64,000 nt of DNA from Candidatus Latescibacterota bacterium. Its GTDB lineage: Bacteria; Latescibacterota; UBA2968; GCA-2709665. Below the pieces are notes generated by a model, which was given only the letters and a program-made list of their open reading frames with translations, did no database searches and had not been told where the DNA came from. Each line of letters starts with the position of its first letter. Position 1 is the first letter of the stretch. Of the stretch, positions 28,600 through 37,553 are shown in pieces. The stretch covers positions 1,824,001 to 1,888,000 of the forward strand of contig OZ250150.1 in NCBI GenBank assembly GCA_965237675.1, read 5' to 3'. The position numbers and the translations under genes are program-made.

Positions 28600-30645
28600 T
28601 CACGGCATCACCCGAAATACCGCCTCGCTCGCCGTCTCGCTCGCCGTCTCGCTCTCCGCCTGCAGATCCTCCACGACCACCCTGAACGCCCAGGGTCCGG
28701 GCGCCGAACCCTCCATATCCAGGGTGAGATAGTGCGGCTGCCAGTCCCGCGTTTCCGTGTATGAGTTGGTCACGGCGGTCGTCCACTGTGGAATCGCCAC
28801 GTCCTTTTCGGTCCACTTTTCAGGAAGGAGGCGGGTCTGGTAAGTTATCCGGTACCTTGCGGCGCCGAACTCATCCCGCTTGAAATTGTAGACCTCGAAA
28901 TAGAACGACATACTGCCGTCCCGCTGGCACTGCTTCAACGGATTGGGCAACACCATAAACCGATCCCGGCCAAACGGGCGATCATCCTGTTCGACAACCC
29001 GTTGGGCCAGCAGCAAGTCGCTTATCTCCAGTCTGTCCTTCCCGTACCGGCTGATCTGCAGTGAATCTCGAAGGGTGCCTAGACTCTGTTTGTTCAGATC
29101 CTCCGTCTCGACTGCCAGATGGTACGTCCCCGGATCCACAGATAGCCGCTCGCCCCAGAAGAGGTACCCATCCCGCACCGCATTGCCTTCGATCCAGGGC
29201 ATTCTGCGAATCGGAGAAATAGTCTTTTCGACTTCCTGCCAACCTGCGTCAAACAGAAACAGTCCCTGCATGAGATCCACCGCCTGTACTCCCGAACTGA
29301 CCTCCCGGTGCGCGACATTTTCGCCGGAAAGCGCATAATACAGTTCCACGCGGGTTTTGCCGTTATCCCCGCGGAACTGTGCGACCTCGAATGGCGCATC
29401 GTACCGTTTCAGCCAGTACGGGTCGTTGTAGTACTCCGGAACCCGAGCCACCAGATCCTTGTACCGGCTTCGCACCGTACCCCGCATCCATACCTCCAGC
29501 ACCTCCCAGTTTTTTTCCCCCAGGCGTTCGAATGTCACACTGAATCCGGGATAACTCCACGTCTCGCGGAGCAACACGTAATTCATTCGATCCAGATAGA
29601 TATTCCGCGCGCCGGGATGTCCATATCGTATGTACACCTGGCCACGGTCCGTCTCCCAGCCCTCGACGCCGCGATCCGGATTGGCATATCTGAGGTTGGC
29701 GTATGCCACCCGCCTGCAGTGTTCCAGCATCCGCTCGTTTCCGGGGGTCAGGAATAACGGATCCCGTCCTGTCCAGAACCGGCGCAGGGACTCGTCGTCC
29801 GGCAGGTCCCCCCCGTCTTTCAATGCCTCGCGGTCCGTCAACACCACCACCGCCTTGATGAACTGCTGTTCGAGCCGGGACATGAGGTCCAGGCCTTCCG
29901 AATAGGCGGCGAAGGCCTTATCCAGATTCTCACGGGTCTGGTAACCCAGTCCCGTGAAGAAATAGGCATCCCAGTCTTCCGGATGGCGTTCCGTATAATC
30001 TTCAAACAACTCCACCAGGCGCGCGGCCATATGTCCTTCCAGGTAGACCTGACCCAGCAGAATCCGAGCGGAACGATGTTCCGCATCCAACTGCAGTGCG
30101 CGGGTCAGATATCCGATCGCCTGGTCCCGCATCCCCCTGCCGTAATCTCCGTAATTGAACCTCCGTTTGCGTTCCAACCCGGACTTCAACGTCTCCCGCT
30201 CCAGATTGTACATCATTTCCCTGGCGGCGTATCGACCGGCCATATAGAGGGCCTCGACGTCATTCGGCGACAGCGCGATTGCCCGGCGGATCTCCTCGTA
30301 GAACTTGTCCCGTGACCCTGCCTGCCAGAATATTTCCGCGTACGTCTTCACGTAAGCCGCGTTCTCCGGCTCCCGCTTCATCGCCCTTTGCACCCACTGC
30401 CTGCCGAACCGCCTGGACAACACGGAGTCGCGGCTCAAATAGTGTCTGGCCAACGCATGCATCGCCCGCCCCGACGGATCGTATCGAACCGCCCTCTCCA
30501 TCAGCGACACGCGTTTCATGTGCGACAGCGAAGAATCCGCCGCCGAGGCCAGAAGGGCAGCGACCTTGTACGGGTCCCGCTTCGCGGCCTCCGTCGGTAC
30601 GGTGGCGCACAGGACGATCGAGATCAATAGCGCAAAACGCAACAT
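28600..30645 (-). CDS. Exported TPR + GWxTD domain protein (1)
   Basis: Signal peptide MLRFALL..., TPR helices, 'FW..RDP....NERMLEHCRRVAYAN', 'GWETDRGQVYIRYGHP', C-terminal 'ISDLLLA...PNP...FYFEVYN' domain. Confidence 0.85.
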   Translation of the reverse strand: MLRFALLISIVLCATVPTEAAKRDPYKVAALLASAADSSLSHMKRVSLMERAVRYDPSGRAMHALARHYLSRDSVLSRRFGRQWVQRAMKREPENAAYVKTYAEIFWQAGSRDKFYEEIRRAIALSPNDVEALYMAGRYAAREMMYNLERETLKSGLERKRRFNYGDYGRGMRDQAIGYLTRALQLDAEHRSARILLGQVYLEGHMAARLVELFEDYTERHPEDWDAYFFTGLGYQTRENLDKAFAAYSEGLDLMSRLEQQFIKAVVVLTDREALKDGGDLPDDESLRRFWTGRDPLFLTPGNERMLEHCRRVAYANLRYANPDRGVEGWETDRGQVYIRYGHPGARNIYLDRMNYVLLRETWSYPGFSVTFERLGEKNWEVLEVWMRGTVRSRYKDLVARVPEYYNDPYWLKRYDAPFEVAQFRGDNGKTRVELYYALSGENVAHREVSSGVQAVDLMQGLFLFDAGWQEVEKTISPIRRMPWIEGNAVRDGYLFWGERLSVDPGTYHLAVETEDLNKQSLGTLRDSLQISRYGKDRLEISDLLLAQRVVEQDDRPFGRDRFMVLPNPLKQCQRDGSMSFYFEVYNFKRDEFGAARYRITYQTRLLPEKWTEKDVAIPQWTTAVTNSYTETRDWQPHYLTLDMEGSAPGPWAFRVVVEDLQAESETASETASEAVFRVMP

Positions 30646-30774
30646 GCAGATCACCACGTAAAATGGCGAAGGTGCGGAACCGGCGAACCGGTCGGAGTCG
30701 CGGATTTCATGCGGCCGGCTTGGACCACCTGCCGATTGACGGCACAAGTCGCGGCGTCCGGTTCCGGTCCGGTG

Positions 30775-30870
30775 CCCCGTTATGGACGGTTCCGAACCAA
30801 TCCTGAGTTAAATTGTAGACCCTGAGAAGGAATGAAAGGTTCCCCCGGCGTAAATATCGTCCCTGAGACC
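30775..30870 (-). pseudogene. Degenerate fragment of a GWxTD-protein C-terminal domain
   Basis: Translates YLRRGNLSFLLRVYNLTQDWFGTVHN, resembling QRDGSMSFYFEVYNFKRDEFGAARY / SRNGSAWFYFEVYNLSRDTFGATHY in the flanking genes. Confidence 0.5.
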
Positions 30871-30891
30871 GATGGGTCGGTTCTTCGCCGG

Positions 30892-33015
30892 CTACCACCG
30901 AACGCGAAAACGCGTTGTCGATTCGGCGGCCGTGCCGGCCAGTGAATCCTCAATGACGACCCGGAACGCGCGCAAGCCGGGCGACGTATCGGCCATATCC
31001 ACCCGCAGATACCGCGGCTCCCAATCCCGAACGCCGCGGTACGTATAAGACACCGCTGTCGTCCACTGGGGCTGCGCCTCCCCCTCGCCGCGCGTCTCCG
31101 GTATCACCTGCGTCTGGTAACCAATCCTGTAATGCGTGGCGCCGAAGGTGTCCCGTGATAAATTGTACACTTCAAAATAAAACCACGCGCTTCCGTTCCG
31201 TGAACACTCCCGCAATGGATTGGGTAGCACCATAAACCGCGCGCGCTCCATTGGCCATTCGTCGCGCTCCACGATCCGGCGCGCCATCAGCAAGCTGCTG
31301 ATCTCCAGCGAATCGCGGCTGAACCGCCTGACCCGCAACCGGTCCCGAAACGTACCCACTTTCTTGTTCGCCTGGTCTTCCGCCTCTCCCGCCAGGTGAT
31401 AATCCCCCGGCGCCAGCGCCAACTGCTCGCTTGCGAGAAGGTATCCCCGCTTGGTGGACACATACTGTATCCATGGCATCCGTCGCACACGGCCGACCTC
31501 TTTCCGCAGCGTATCCCACGCCGCGTCAAACAGGAACATCGCCTGGACCACATCCACTGCTCTCACCCCGGGCCCGACCTCTTCATGCGCGACCTGGTCG
31601 CCGGGAAGCGCGTAATACACCTCCACGCTTGTCTTCTCTTCATCGCGCCGGAATTGCGCAATCTGGTAAGGCACGCTGTACTGATACGGATAGCGGTAGT
31701 AATCCGGGATCGCCTTTACAAGTTCGTTGAAATTCAGCGTGCGGCCACCCAGCTTCGACCGGCCGAACCGCCAGGAATCCCAGGAATTCGTATTCAGGAA
31801 TGAAACCTCGAATCCCTCATACGTCCAGGTATCCTTTCGAGGTTGGAAGTCGAAGATCATCCCGGTCGGGCCTACCTTGCCCTGTCTCCTCAGCTCCGCC
31901 TCCTCGGCGAACGTCCGTGTCAAACCCAGATCGATGTCCGCCGGCGTCATCTGGCGCGCCAGCGGATCGCCATATCGGATATACGCCTGTCCCCGGTCCG
32001 TTTCCCACCCGGCGTATCCGTTGATGGGGTCGCCGAACCGCAGATTCGCATAGGCAACCCGCCTGCACTGCTCCAGCATTCTCTCATTGATGGCGCTCAG
32101 ATACAACGGATCTCTCCCGAACCAGAATTTTTGAATCGCCGCTTCGTCCGGCGGGGGTTCGCCCTTCTTCCACGCCTTCTTGTCCAGCATCAGGAATACC
32201 GATTGCATGAAACGCCGCTCCCGGTCGGGCAGCCGCGCCAGGCCGTCCACGTAGGCCCGGTAGGCCGCTTCGGGGTCACCCTTGGCCTGATGACCCAACC
32301 CCGCGAAGAAGTAGGCGTCCGTGCGGTCCGGGTGTCGTTCGAGGTCCTCCTCAAACAGCGCGATCAGCGCATCGGGCATCCGTGCCATATAGTACGCCAG
32401 GCCCAGGTACACCCGGGACGGCCAGTGGTGCGCATCCAGCCACAGGGCGCGGCTCAGATAATCGATCCCGACGTCCACCTCCATGTCCGCATAGCCGCGC
32501 TGTGCGAACGTGCGTCCCGTGGTCACGTCTCCGTCCCTGGCCACACGCGTCTCGTCCCCTTCTTGGTCGCGGGTGAAAAACGTCATTTCCCACGACCAGA
32601 CCACGTACCGACCCGCCCAATAGTGCGCGCGAACGTTTTTCGGATCCAGCGCGATGGCCTCCCGCGCTTTTTTGAAGGACGCGGATCTCGGTCCGGTTCG
32701 CCACAGCAATTCCGCGAACGTCGCAACATAGTCCGCGTTCTCGGGTTCCCGTTCGCGCGCCCGCTTCAGCAGGGACCGCGCCTGCTGGCGCGAGTACGTC
32801 GTGGCTTTTTCCAACTTCAATCGCGCGAGGGCGTGCATGGCCCTGCCCGACCGGTCGTGTTTCATCGCCTGCTTCGCGAGATCCCTGCGCGTTTCCCACT
32901 CCAGCGTCGTATCCGTGGATGCCAGAATGAGCGAATCCACCTTCGCCGGATCGGCGTGCGCGGCGTGTGCCGCGGCCGTAAACGAGCCCAAGCATAATAC
33001 GATCAATACAAACAT
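30892..33015 (-). CDS. Exported TPR + GWxTD domain protein (2)
   Basis: Signal peptide MFVLIVL..., TPRs, 'GWETDRGQAYIRYGDP', same architecture as 28600. Confidence 0.85.
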   Translation of the reverse strand: MFVLIVLCLGSFTAAAHAAHADPAKVDSLILASTDTTLEWETRRDLAKQAMKHDRSGRAMHALARLKLEKATTYSRQQARSLLKRAREREPENADYVATFAELLWRTGPRSASFKKAREAIALDPKNVRAHYWAGRYVVWSWEMTFFTRDQEGDETRVARDGDVTTGRTFAQRGYADMEVDVGIDYLSRALWLDAHHWPSRVYLGLAYYMARMPDALIALFEEDLERHPDRTDAYFFAGLGHQAKGDPEAAYRAYVDGLARLPDRERRFMQSVFLMLDKKAWKKGEPPPDEAAIQKFWFGRDPLYLSAINERMLEQCRRVAYANLRFGDPINGYAGWETDRGQAYIRYGDPLARQMTPADIDLGLTRTFAEEAELRRQGKVGPTGMIFDFQPRKDTWTYEGFEVSFLNTNSWDSWRFGRSKLGGRTLNFNELVKAIPDYYRYPYQYSVPYQIAQFRRDEEKTSVEVYYALPGDQVAHEEVGPGVRAVDVVQAMFLFDAAWDTLRKEVGRVRRMPWIQYVSTKRGYLLASEQLALAPGDYHLAGEAEDQANKKVGTFRDRLRVRRFSRDSLEISSLLMARRIVERDEWPMERARFMVLPNPLRECSRNGSAWFYFEVYNLSRDTFGATHYRIGYQTQVIPETRGEGEAQPQWTTAVSYTYRGVRDWEPRYLRVDMADTSPGLRAFRVVIEDSLAGTAAESTTRFRVRW

Positions 33016-33081
33016 TCTAATCTCCGAAAACCCGGCGGGATTTTCATTCTTGCGACACCAATCCACGCGATCCGCGATAGG

Positions 33082-34194
33082 CTATGGCGCGTGAATCGTC
33101 TCATGGGCACGGTTGTACCGCGCCATCGCCGCCATATCCAGTTCGCACCCCAGCCCGGGGGCCGTGGAAACCGGCGTGAATCCCTCTTCGAAAACCATCG
33201 GCTCCAGGATCAGGTTGCTTTCTCGTACCCAGCTGCCCACGATGTCCGACGCCATGGTGCAGTTCGGCACCACCGAGACCGCGTGCACGAAGGAGGATTC
33301 CATGATTCCCAGGTCCACCCCGGAACCGTGCCAGCAGCGCAGCCCGGCCGCCTCCGCAACGGCGGCGCTTTTCGCAAAGCCCATCATGCTCCCACCCAGG
33401 TTGACGCAGTCCACCACGCCGGCCTTCACCGCCCGCAGCACCCCCTCACCACTCCCGAGATGCATCGCAACCGGAATACCGATGGCCTCGTGAATCTCCA
33501 CGTACCCTTCCATATCCGTCTTGGGAATCGGATCCTCGAATACCTCCACGTTGCCGAGTTGCTCGAGGTGACCGGCCAGTTCAATCGTCTGCGCCGCCGT
33601 GCGAAACCGCTCGTTGGGGTCGACCGTGACCTTGAACTCCGGTCCGGCCACGTCCCGGATGGCCCGCAGCCGCGCCACCATCGGTTCCTCGATCTTGCAC
33701 TTGATTTTGATCCCCTTGAAGCCGTGCTCGAGCGCCCGCGCGACCGTCCGCTTTCCATCCTCAGGTGTCTGGGACCCCATCCAGTAATCCGCCCGCACGC
33801 GGTCGCGCACCGCCCCGCCGAGCAGGGCGTGTACGGGAAGTCCGCGCACCCGGCCGATCAGATCGAAAACGGCTACCTCGAGGGCGTGGTACGCGGGCCC
33901 CGTTCCCACTTCCAGCATCTTCTCCGATCCATCGCTGCGAGACGCGTAGATATCCTGCAGCGTCACCGCCTCGGGGTCCCTGCCAAGCACCAGGCCCGCG
34001 CCCGCGCGCACGTCCTCGATGGGCACGCCCCGTCCGGTTTCGCCCAACCCGTAGTACTCGGTATCCGTATTGAGCCGGAGGATATGCTTGGTCACCTCGT
34101 CCCACCCGACTTTCGGCACCCATTCGGGGCTGTTCACCCGCCCTTGGATAGTCGGCACCACCACGGTCCATACGTCTATTGACGTCATTTTCAT
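33082..34194 (-). CDS. Mandelate racemase/muconate lactonizing enzyme (enolase superfamily)
   Basis: GLGE, 'ALEVAVFDL.G...GLPVHALLGGAVRDRV', KIK, DPNE, EDP, 'PGLG.ELD'; AGGAGG RBS. Confidence 0.9.
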   Translation of the reverse strand: MKMTSIDVWTVVVPTIQGRVNSPEWVPKVGWDEVTKHILRLNTDTEYYGLGETGRGVPIEDVRAGAGLVLGRDPEAVTLQDIYASRSDGSEKMLEVGTGPAYHALEVAVFDLIGRVRGLPVHALLGGAVRDRVRADYWMGSQTPEDGKRTVARALEHGFKGIKIKCKIEEPMVARLRAIRDVAGPEFKVTVDPNERFRTAAQTIELAGHLEQLGNVEVFEDPIPKTDMEGYVEIHEAIGIPVAMHLGSGEGVLRAVKAGVVDCVNLGGSMMGFAKSAAVAEAAGLRCWHGSGVDLGIMESSFVHAVSVVPNCTMASDIVGSWVRESNLILEPMVFEEGFTPVSTAPGLGCELDMAAMARYNRAHETIHAP

Positions 34195-34312
34195 CGTACA
34201 CTCCTCCTTTTTGGAGATTGCGGAATACCGTTTGCCTACACCTGGCGCGCGGGAGTCCGTTCAACGATCCAATCACTCCCCCTTGAGTGGGAGTCGCAGA
34301 AGCCGAGCCGCT

Positions 34313-34830
34313 CCCTGAGCCTGTCGAAGGGTCGGCGACGGGTAGGGAAGCGCGGGCATTTCGACAAGCTCAATGAACGCGCTTCGACTAGCCTGCCTGG
34401 AAAGGCCGTTTCGACAAGCTCAACGCGATCAGCACGGGCAATGGCCGCGTTTCGTTCGGCGCGCTTCGACTACGCTCAGAATGACATGCTTTGCAATAGC
34501 CATTGGCGAAATGTGCCGGTCACTTGTCGGCACAAACTGTCATGCTGAGGATGCCGCCAGGCCGACGAAGCATCTCCTGCGGCATAGGATCATGCCCGCG
34601 GGTCTGGCATTCGGTCCGTCCTGAAATGCAGCACTTCCGCTATTGCTTCGACCGTGCTCAGAATGACAGGGCGGCGGATCATCAGGCTGTTGAGATCCCT
34701 CTCACGCGGGTGCTCACTGTCATGCTAAGGAAGCCGGCAGGCTGACGAAGCATCTACTGCGGCTTCGGATGATGTCTTAGCTTCTGGCACTAGGCCTGAA
34801 CCTGACAGGCAGCGCAATCGAGAATGACAG
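34313..34830. repeat. Left palindromic repeat field (short TTCGAC.AGCTCA units, one full 182-bp unit at 34464 and a partial at 34646)
   Basis: CCCTGAGCCTGTCGAAGGG, TTCGACAAGCTCA x2, CTTCGACTACGCTCAGAATGACA...TGTCATGCTGAGG. Confidence 0.85.
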
Positions 34831-34903
34831 GGCGGACGACAATTAAGTGTTCAGACGTACTTAAGAAGCGGTGGCAAAGAGCGGCTGCGCCGCTTCATAC
34901 AGA

Positions 34904-35185
34904 CTACCAGTCTTTGGACAAATCTCCCATTGCCGGATTGGTGCAACTAACAAGATCGAGCTTTTTCTGTCGCGTCCACCCTTTCAACTGCTTTTCCCTT
35001 GATATCGCTCCGCGAATATCGGATGTCGTTTCAAAGTATATCAGTCTATTCATCCTATACTTGCTTGTGTAGCCCGGAATGAGCTTGTGCTTGTGTTCAT
35101 AGACCCGTCGTTTGAGATTGTTGGTAACACCAATATAGAGGGTACCACTTCGATTTGTCATAATGTAGACGAAGTATTGGTTCAT
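34904..35185 (-). CDS. Small GIY-YIG nuclease family protein
   Basis: 'YFVYIM...LYIGVTNNLKRRVYEHK', 'YFE', 'AISREKQLKGW.R.KK', 'NP...DL'; lower GC than flanks. Confidence 0.93.
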   Translation of the reverse strand: MNQYFVYIMTNRSGTLYIGVTNNLKRRVYEHKHKLIPGYTSKYRMNRLIYFETTSDIRGAISREKQLKGWTRQKKLDLVSCTNPAMGDLSKDW

Positions 35186-35271
35186 CGATGGTTTGGATGA
35201 CTCGATTTTCCGACGATGTGTCCGCTTGAAATCGTTATCGAAGGTAATGCGAACAACTGCAGCGGAATGAG

Positions 35272-36168
35272 CGGGAGATTCTTCGACTGCGCTCAGAATG
35301 ACATGCTTTGCAATGACCGTTGTCGAAATGTGTCGGGCATTCGTTAGCCCGTACTGTCATCCTGAGGAAGCCGCCAGGCTGACGAAGGATCTCCTGCGGC
35401 ATGGGATCATGCCTGAGCGTCCGGCATTCGGTCCGCCCTGAAATGCAGCACTTCCGCACTTGCTTCGACTACGCTCAGAATGACATGCTTTGCAATAACC
35501 ATCGTCGAAACGCAGCCGTCATTCATTGGCCCAAACTGTCATTCTGACGAGGCTGTCAAACCGGCGGTGATATGTCCGCGCAAATGTGTTTACCGCGTTT
35601 CTGCGTTAGGACAATCGAATAGACGGGAGATTCTTCGACTGCGCTCAGAATGACATGCTTTGCAATGACCGTTGTCGAAACGTATCGGGCATTCGTTAGC
35701 CCGTACTGTCATCCTGAGGAAGCCGTCAGGCTGACGAAGGATCTCCTGCGGCATGGGATCATGCCCGAGCGTCTGGCATTCGCTCCGCCCTGAAATGCAG
35801 CACTTCCGCACTTGCTTCGACTACGCTCAGAATGACATGCTTCGCAATAACCATCGTCGAAACGTGTCGGGCATTCGTTAGCCCGTACTGTCATCCTGAG
35901 GAAGCCGCCAGGCTGACGTAGGATCTCCTGCGGCATGGGATCATGCCCGAGCGTCCGGCATTCGGTCCGCCCTGAAATGCAGCACTTCCGCACTTGCTTC
36001 GACTACGCTCAGAATGACATGCTTCGCAATAACCATCGTCGAAATGTGTCGGGCATTCGTTAGCCCGTACTGTCATCCTGAGGAAGCCACCAGGCTGACG
36101 AAGGATCTCCTGCGGCATGGAATCATACCCGAGCGTCTGGCATTCGCTCCGCCCTGAAATGCAGCACA
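35272..36168. repeat. Tandem array of 182-bp palindromic units (starts 35281, 35463 partial, 35633, 35815, 35997)
   Basis: CTTCGACT(A/G)CGCTCAGAATGACATGC recurs at exact 182-bp steps; each unit contains the inverted partner TGTCATCCTGAGG...GACGAAGGATCTC. Confidence 0.92.
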
Positions 36169-36210
36169 TCGGCTCCGTCTTCAGCATTATCATCCAAGAA
36201 AGAAAAGTGT

Positions 36211-36261
36211 TTGCCATTCGCTTCTGCCATACTGTATATTTAAAGTAATACACTAATACAC
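36211..36261 (+). promoter_or_regulatory. Sigma70-like promoter overlapped by a YtrA-type GntR operator
   Basis: TTGCCA-18-TATATT; inverted repeat TGTAT-N10-ATACA and direct repeat TAATACAC x2 just upstream of the GntR gene. Confidence 0.55.
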
Positions 36262-36277
36262 TCTCGAGAATTGAACC

Positions 36278-36667
36278 GTGTTAATCGCAATCGATCACCA
36301 CAGCGGCGTGCCGGTTTACCGGCAGTTGATGGACCAGATCAAATTTCATATCGCAAGCGGCTTGCTGAGGCCGGGCGAAAAATTGCCCACCACGCGCTCC
36401 CTCTCCGCGGAACTGGGGGTCAATCCGATGACCGTCAGCAAAGCGTACGGCTACCTGGAGGCTGAGGGTATCGTGAAACGGCGTCGCGGACTTCCGTTGA
36501 CCGTCAGTTTTTTGAGACCCGAGAAGATCGAGGTTCATAAGCTCCATCGGCTCCGGCAGAGCCTGGCGCCCATCGTGGCCATCGCGAGACAGCTTGGCGT
36601 CGAAAAATCCCAGGCACTGGAAATATTCGGGCAGATGCTCGACGACGCCGGCGATCAGGAGGTATAA
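36278..36667 (+). CDS. GntR-family transcriptional regulator, YtrA subfamily
   Basis: 'PVYRQL..QI....SG.L.PGEKLPTTR.L..ELGVNPMTVSKAY..LE.EG', short C-terminus, precedes ABC ATPase. Confidence 0.93.
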   Translation: MLIAIDHHSGVPVYRQLMDQIKFHIASGLLRPGEKLPTTRSLSAELGVNPMTVSKAYGYLEAEGIVKRRRGLPLTVSFLRPEKIEVHKLHRLRQSLAPIVAIARQLGVEKSQALEIFGQMLDDAGDQEV

Positions 36668-36668
36668 T

Positions 36669-37553
36669 ATGGAATTGGCATTCGAAGTCAAGAATCTCAC
36701 CAGGTCGTTCGGAGACGTGACCGCACTGGACAACGTCAGCGTGGCCGTCCCGAAACCGGCGGTTGTGGGTCTCATCGGCAGGAACGGAAGCGGCAAGACG
36801 ACCCTGCTCCGCCACGTCATCGGCCTCTATCTGCCTTCCAGCGGGCAATGCACCACCCTTGGATGCGCCAGTGACAAACTCGGCCCCGGCGAACTTTCTC
36901 GCATCGGCGTCGTTCACCAGGAGAACCGGTTCCTGGAATGGATGAAAGTGGAGCAGCAACTTCGCTACGTCTCTTCGTTCTACAAACACTGGGACCTGGA
37001 CCTGGAAGAGCGCCTGCTCGAGGAACTTGAACTGGAGTCCTCTGCGCGCGTGGGCACCCTCTCGCCCGGCAACGCACAAAAACTGGGCATCATTCTGGCC
37101 GTCTGCCATCGTCCGGACCTGCTGATTCTGGACGAACCCTTCAGCGGCCTGGACCCCATCACGCGCGCCCAGTTTCTGAAATTCCTCCTCGAACTCGTTC
37201 AACACGACACCAATACAATCGTCATATCGTCCCACGTTCTACACGACGTCGAAAAGGTCGTCAACCGGGTGATCTGCCTCGACCGGGGCCGAATAAAGGC
37301 GGAGGCCTCGCTGGACGACCTCCAGGAGCGATTCGCCGAATGGCGGGTAACCGTCAAAGCTGGCAGACTCCCCACGCACTTTGAAGAGAACTTCGTGATC
37401 TCCCAGGAGGTGGACAGCTACCAGGCCCGCCTGCTCGTGAAGGGGGCTTCGAACAACCTGGACGCGTTCAAGTCGAAATACGGCGTGGACGTGGCCAGCA
37501 GCCCGCTGAACCTGGAGAGCATGTTCCCGCTCCTCCTTCAGGAGACCGGATGA
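36669..37553 (+). CDS. ABC exporter ATP-binding protein (YtrB-like)
   Basis: GRNGSGKTT, degenerate signature LSPGN, LILDEPFSGLDP, ISSH; AGGAGG RBS before ATG 36669. Confidence 0.92.
   Translation: MELAFEVKNLTRSFGDVTALDNVSVAVPKPAVVGLIGRNGSGKTTLLRHVIGLYLPSSGQCTTLGCASDKLGPGELSRIGVVHQENRFLEWMKVEQQLRYVSSFYKHWDLDLEERLLEELELESSARVGTLSPGNAQKLGIILAVCHRPDLLILDEPFSGLDPITRAQFLKFLLELVQHDTNTIVISSHVLHDVEKVVNRVICLDRGRIKAEASLDDLQERFAEWRVTVKAGRLPTHFEENFVISQEVDSYQARLLVKGASNNLDAFKSKYGVDVASSPLNLESMFPLLLQETG

Noticed and set aside
28200-28600. Riboswitch or sRNA downstream of the GWxTD genes
   Set aside because: Only a terminator hairpin is supportable; no recognisable aptamer consensus
33091-34182. Long antisense ORFs (also 1595-2914, 5861-7189, 9051-10115, 10473-11837, 18754-19962, 61173-62306)
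   Set aside because: Shadow frames of well-supported genes, expected from high-GC codon bias; no motifs
35272-36168. CRISPR array
   Set aside because: Whole 182-bp units are near-identical with no unique spacers, and there are no cas genes
35235-36253. Repeated small ORFs 'MRKCCISGR...' as a peptide gene family
   Set aside because: They are translations of the 182-bp repeat (length not a multiple of 3, frames shift between units), with no RBS
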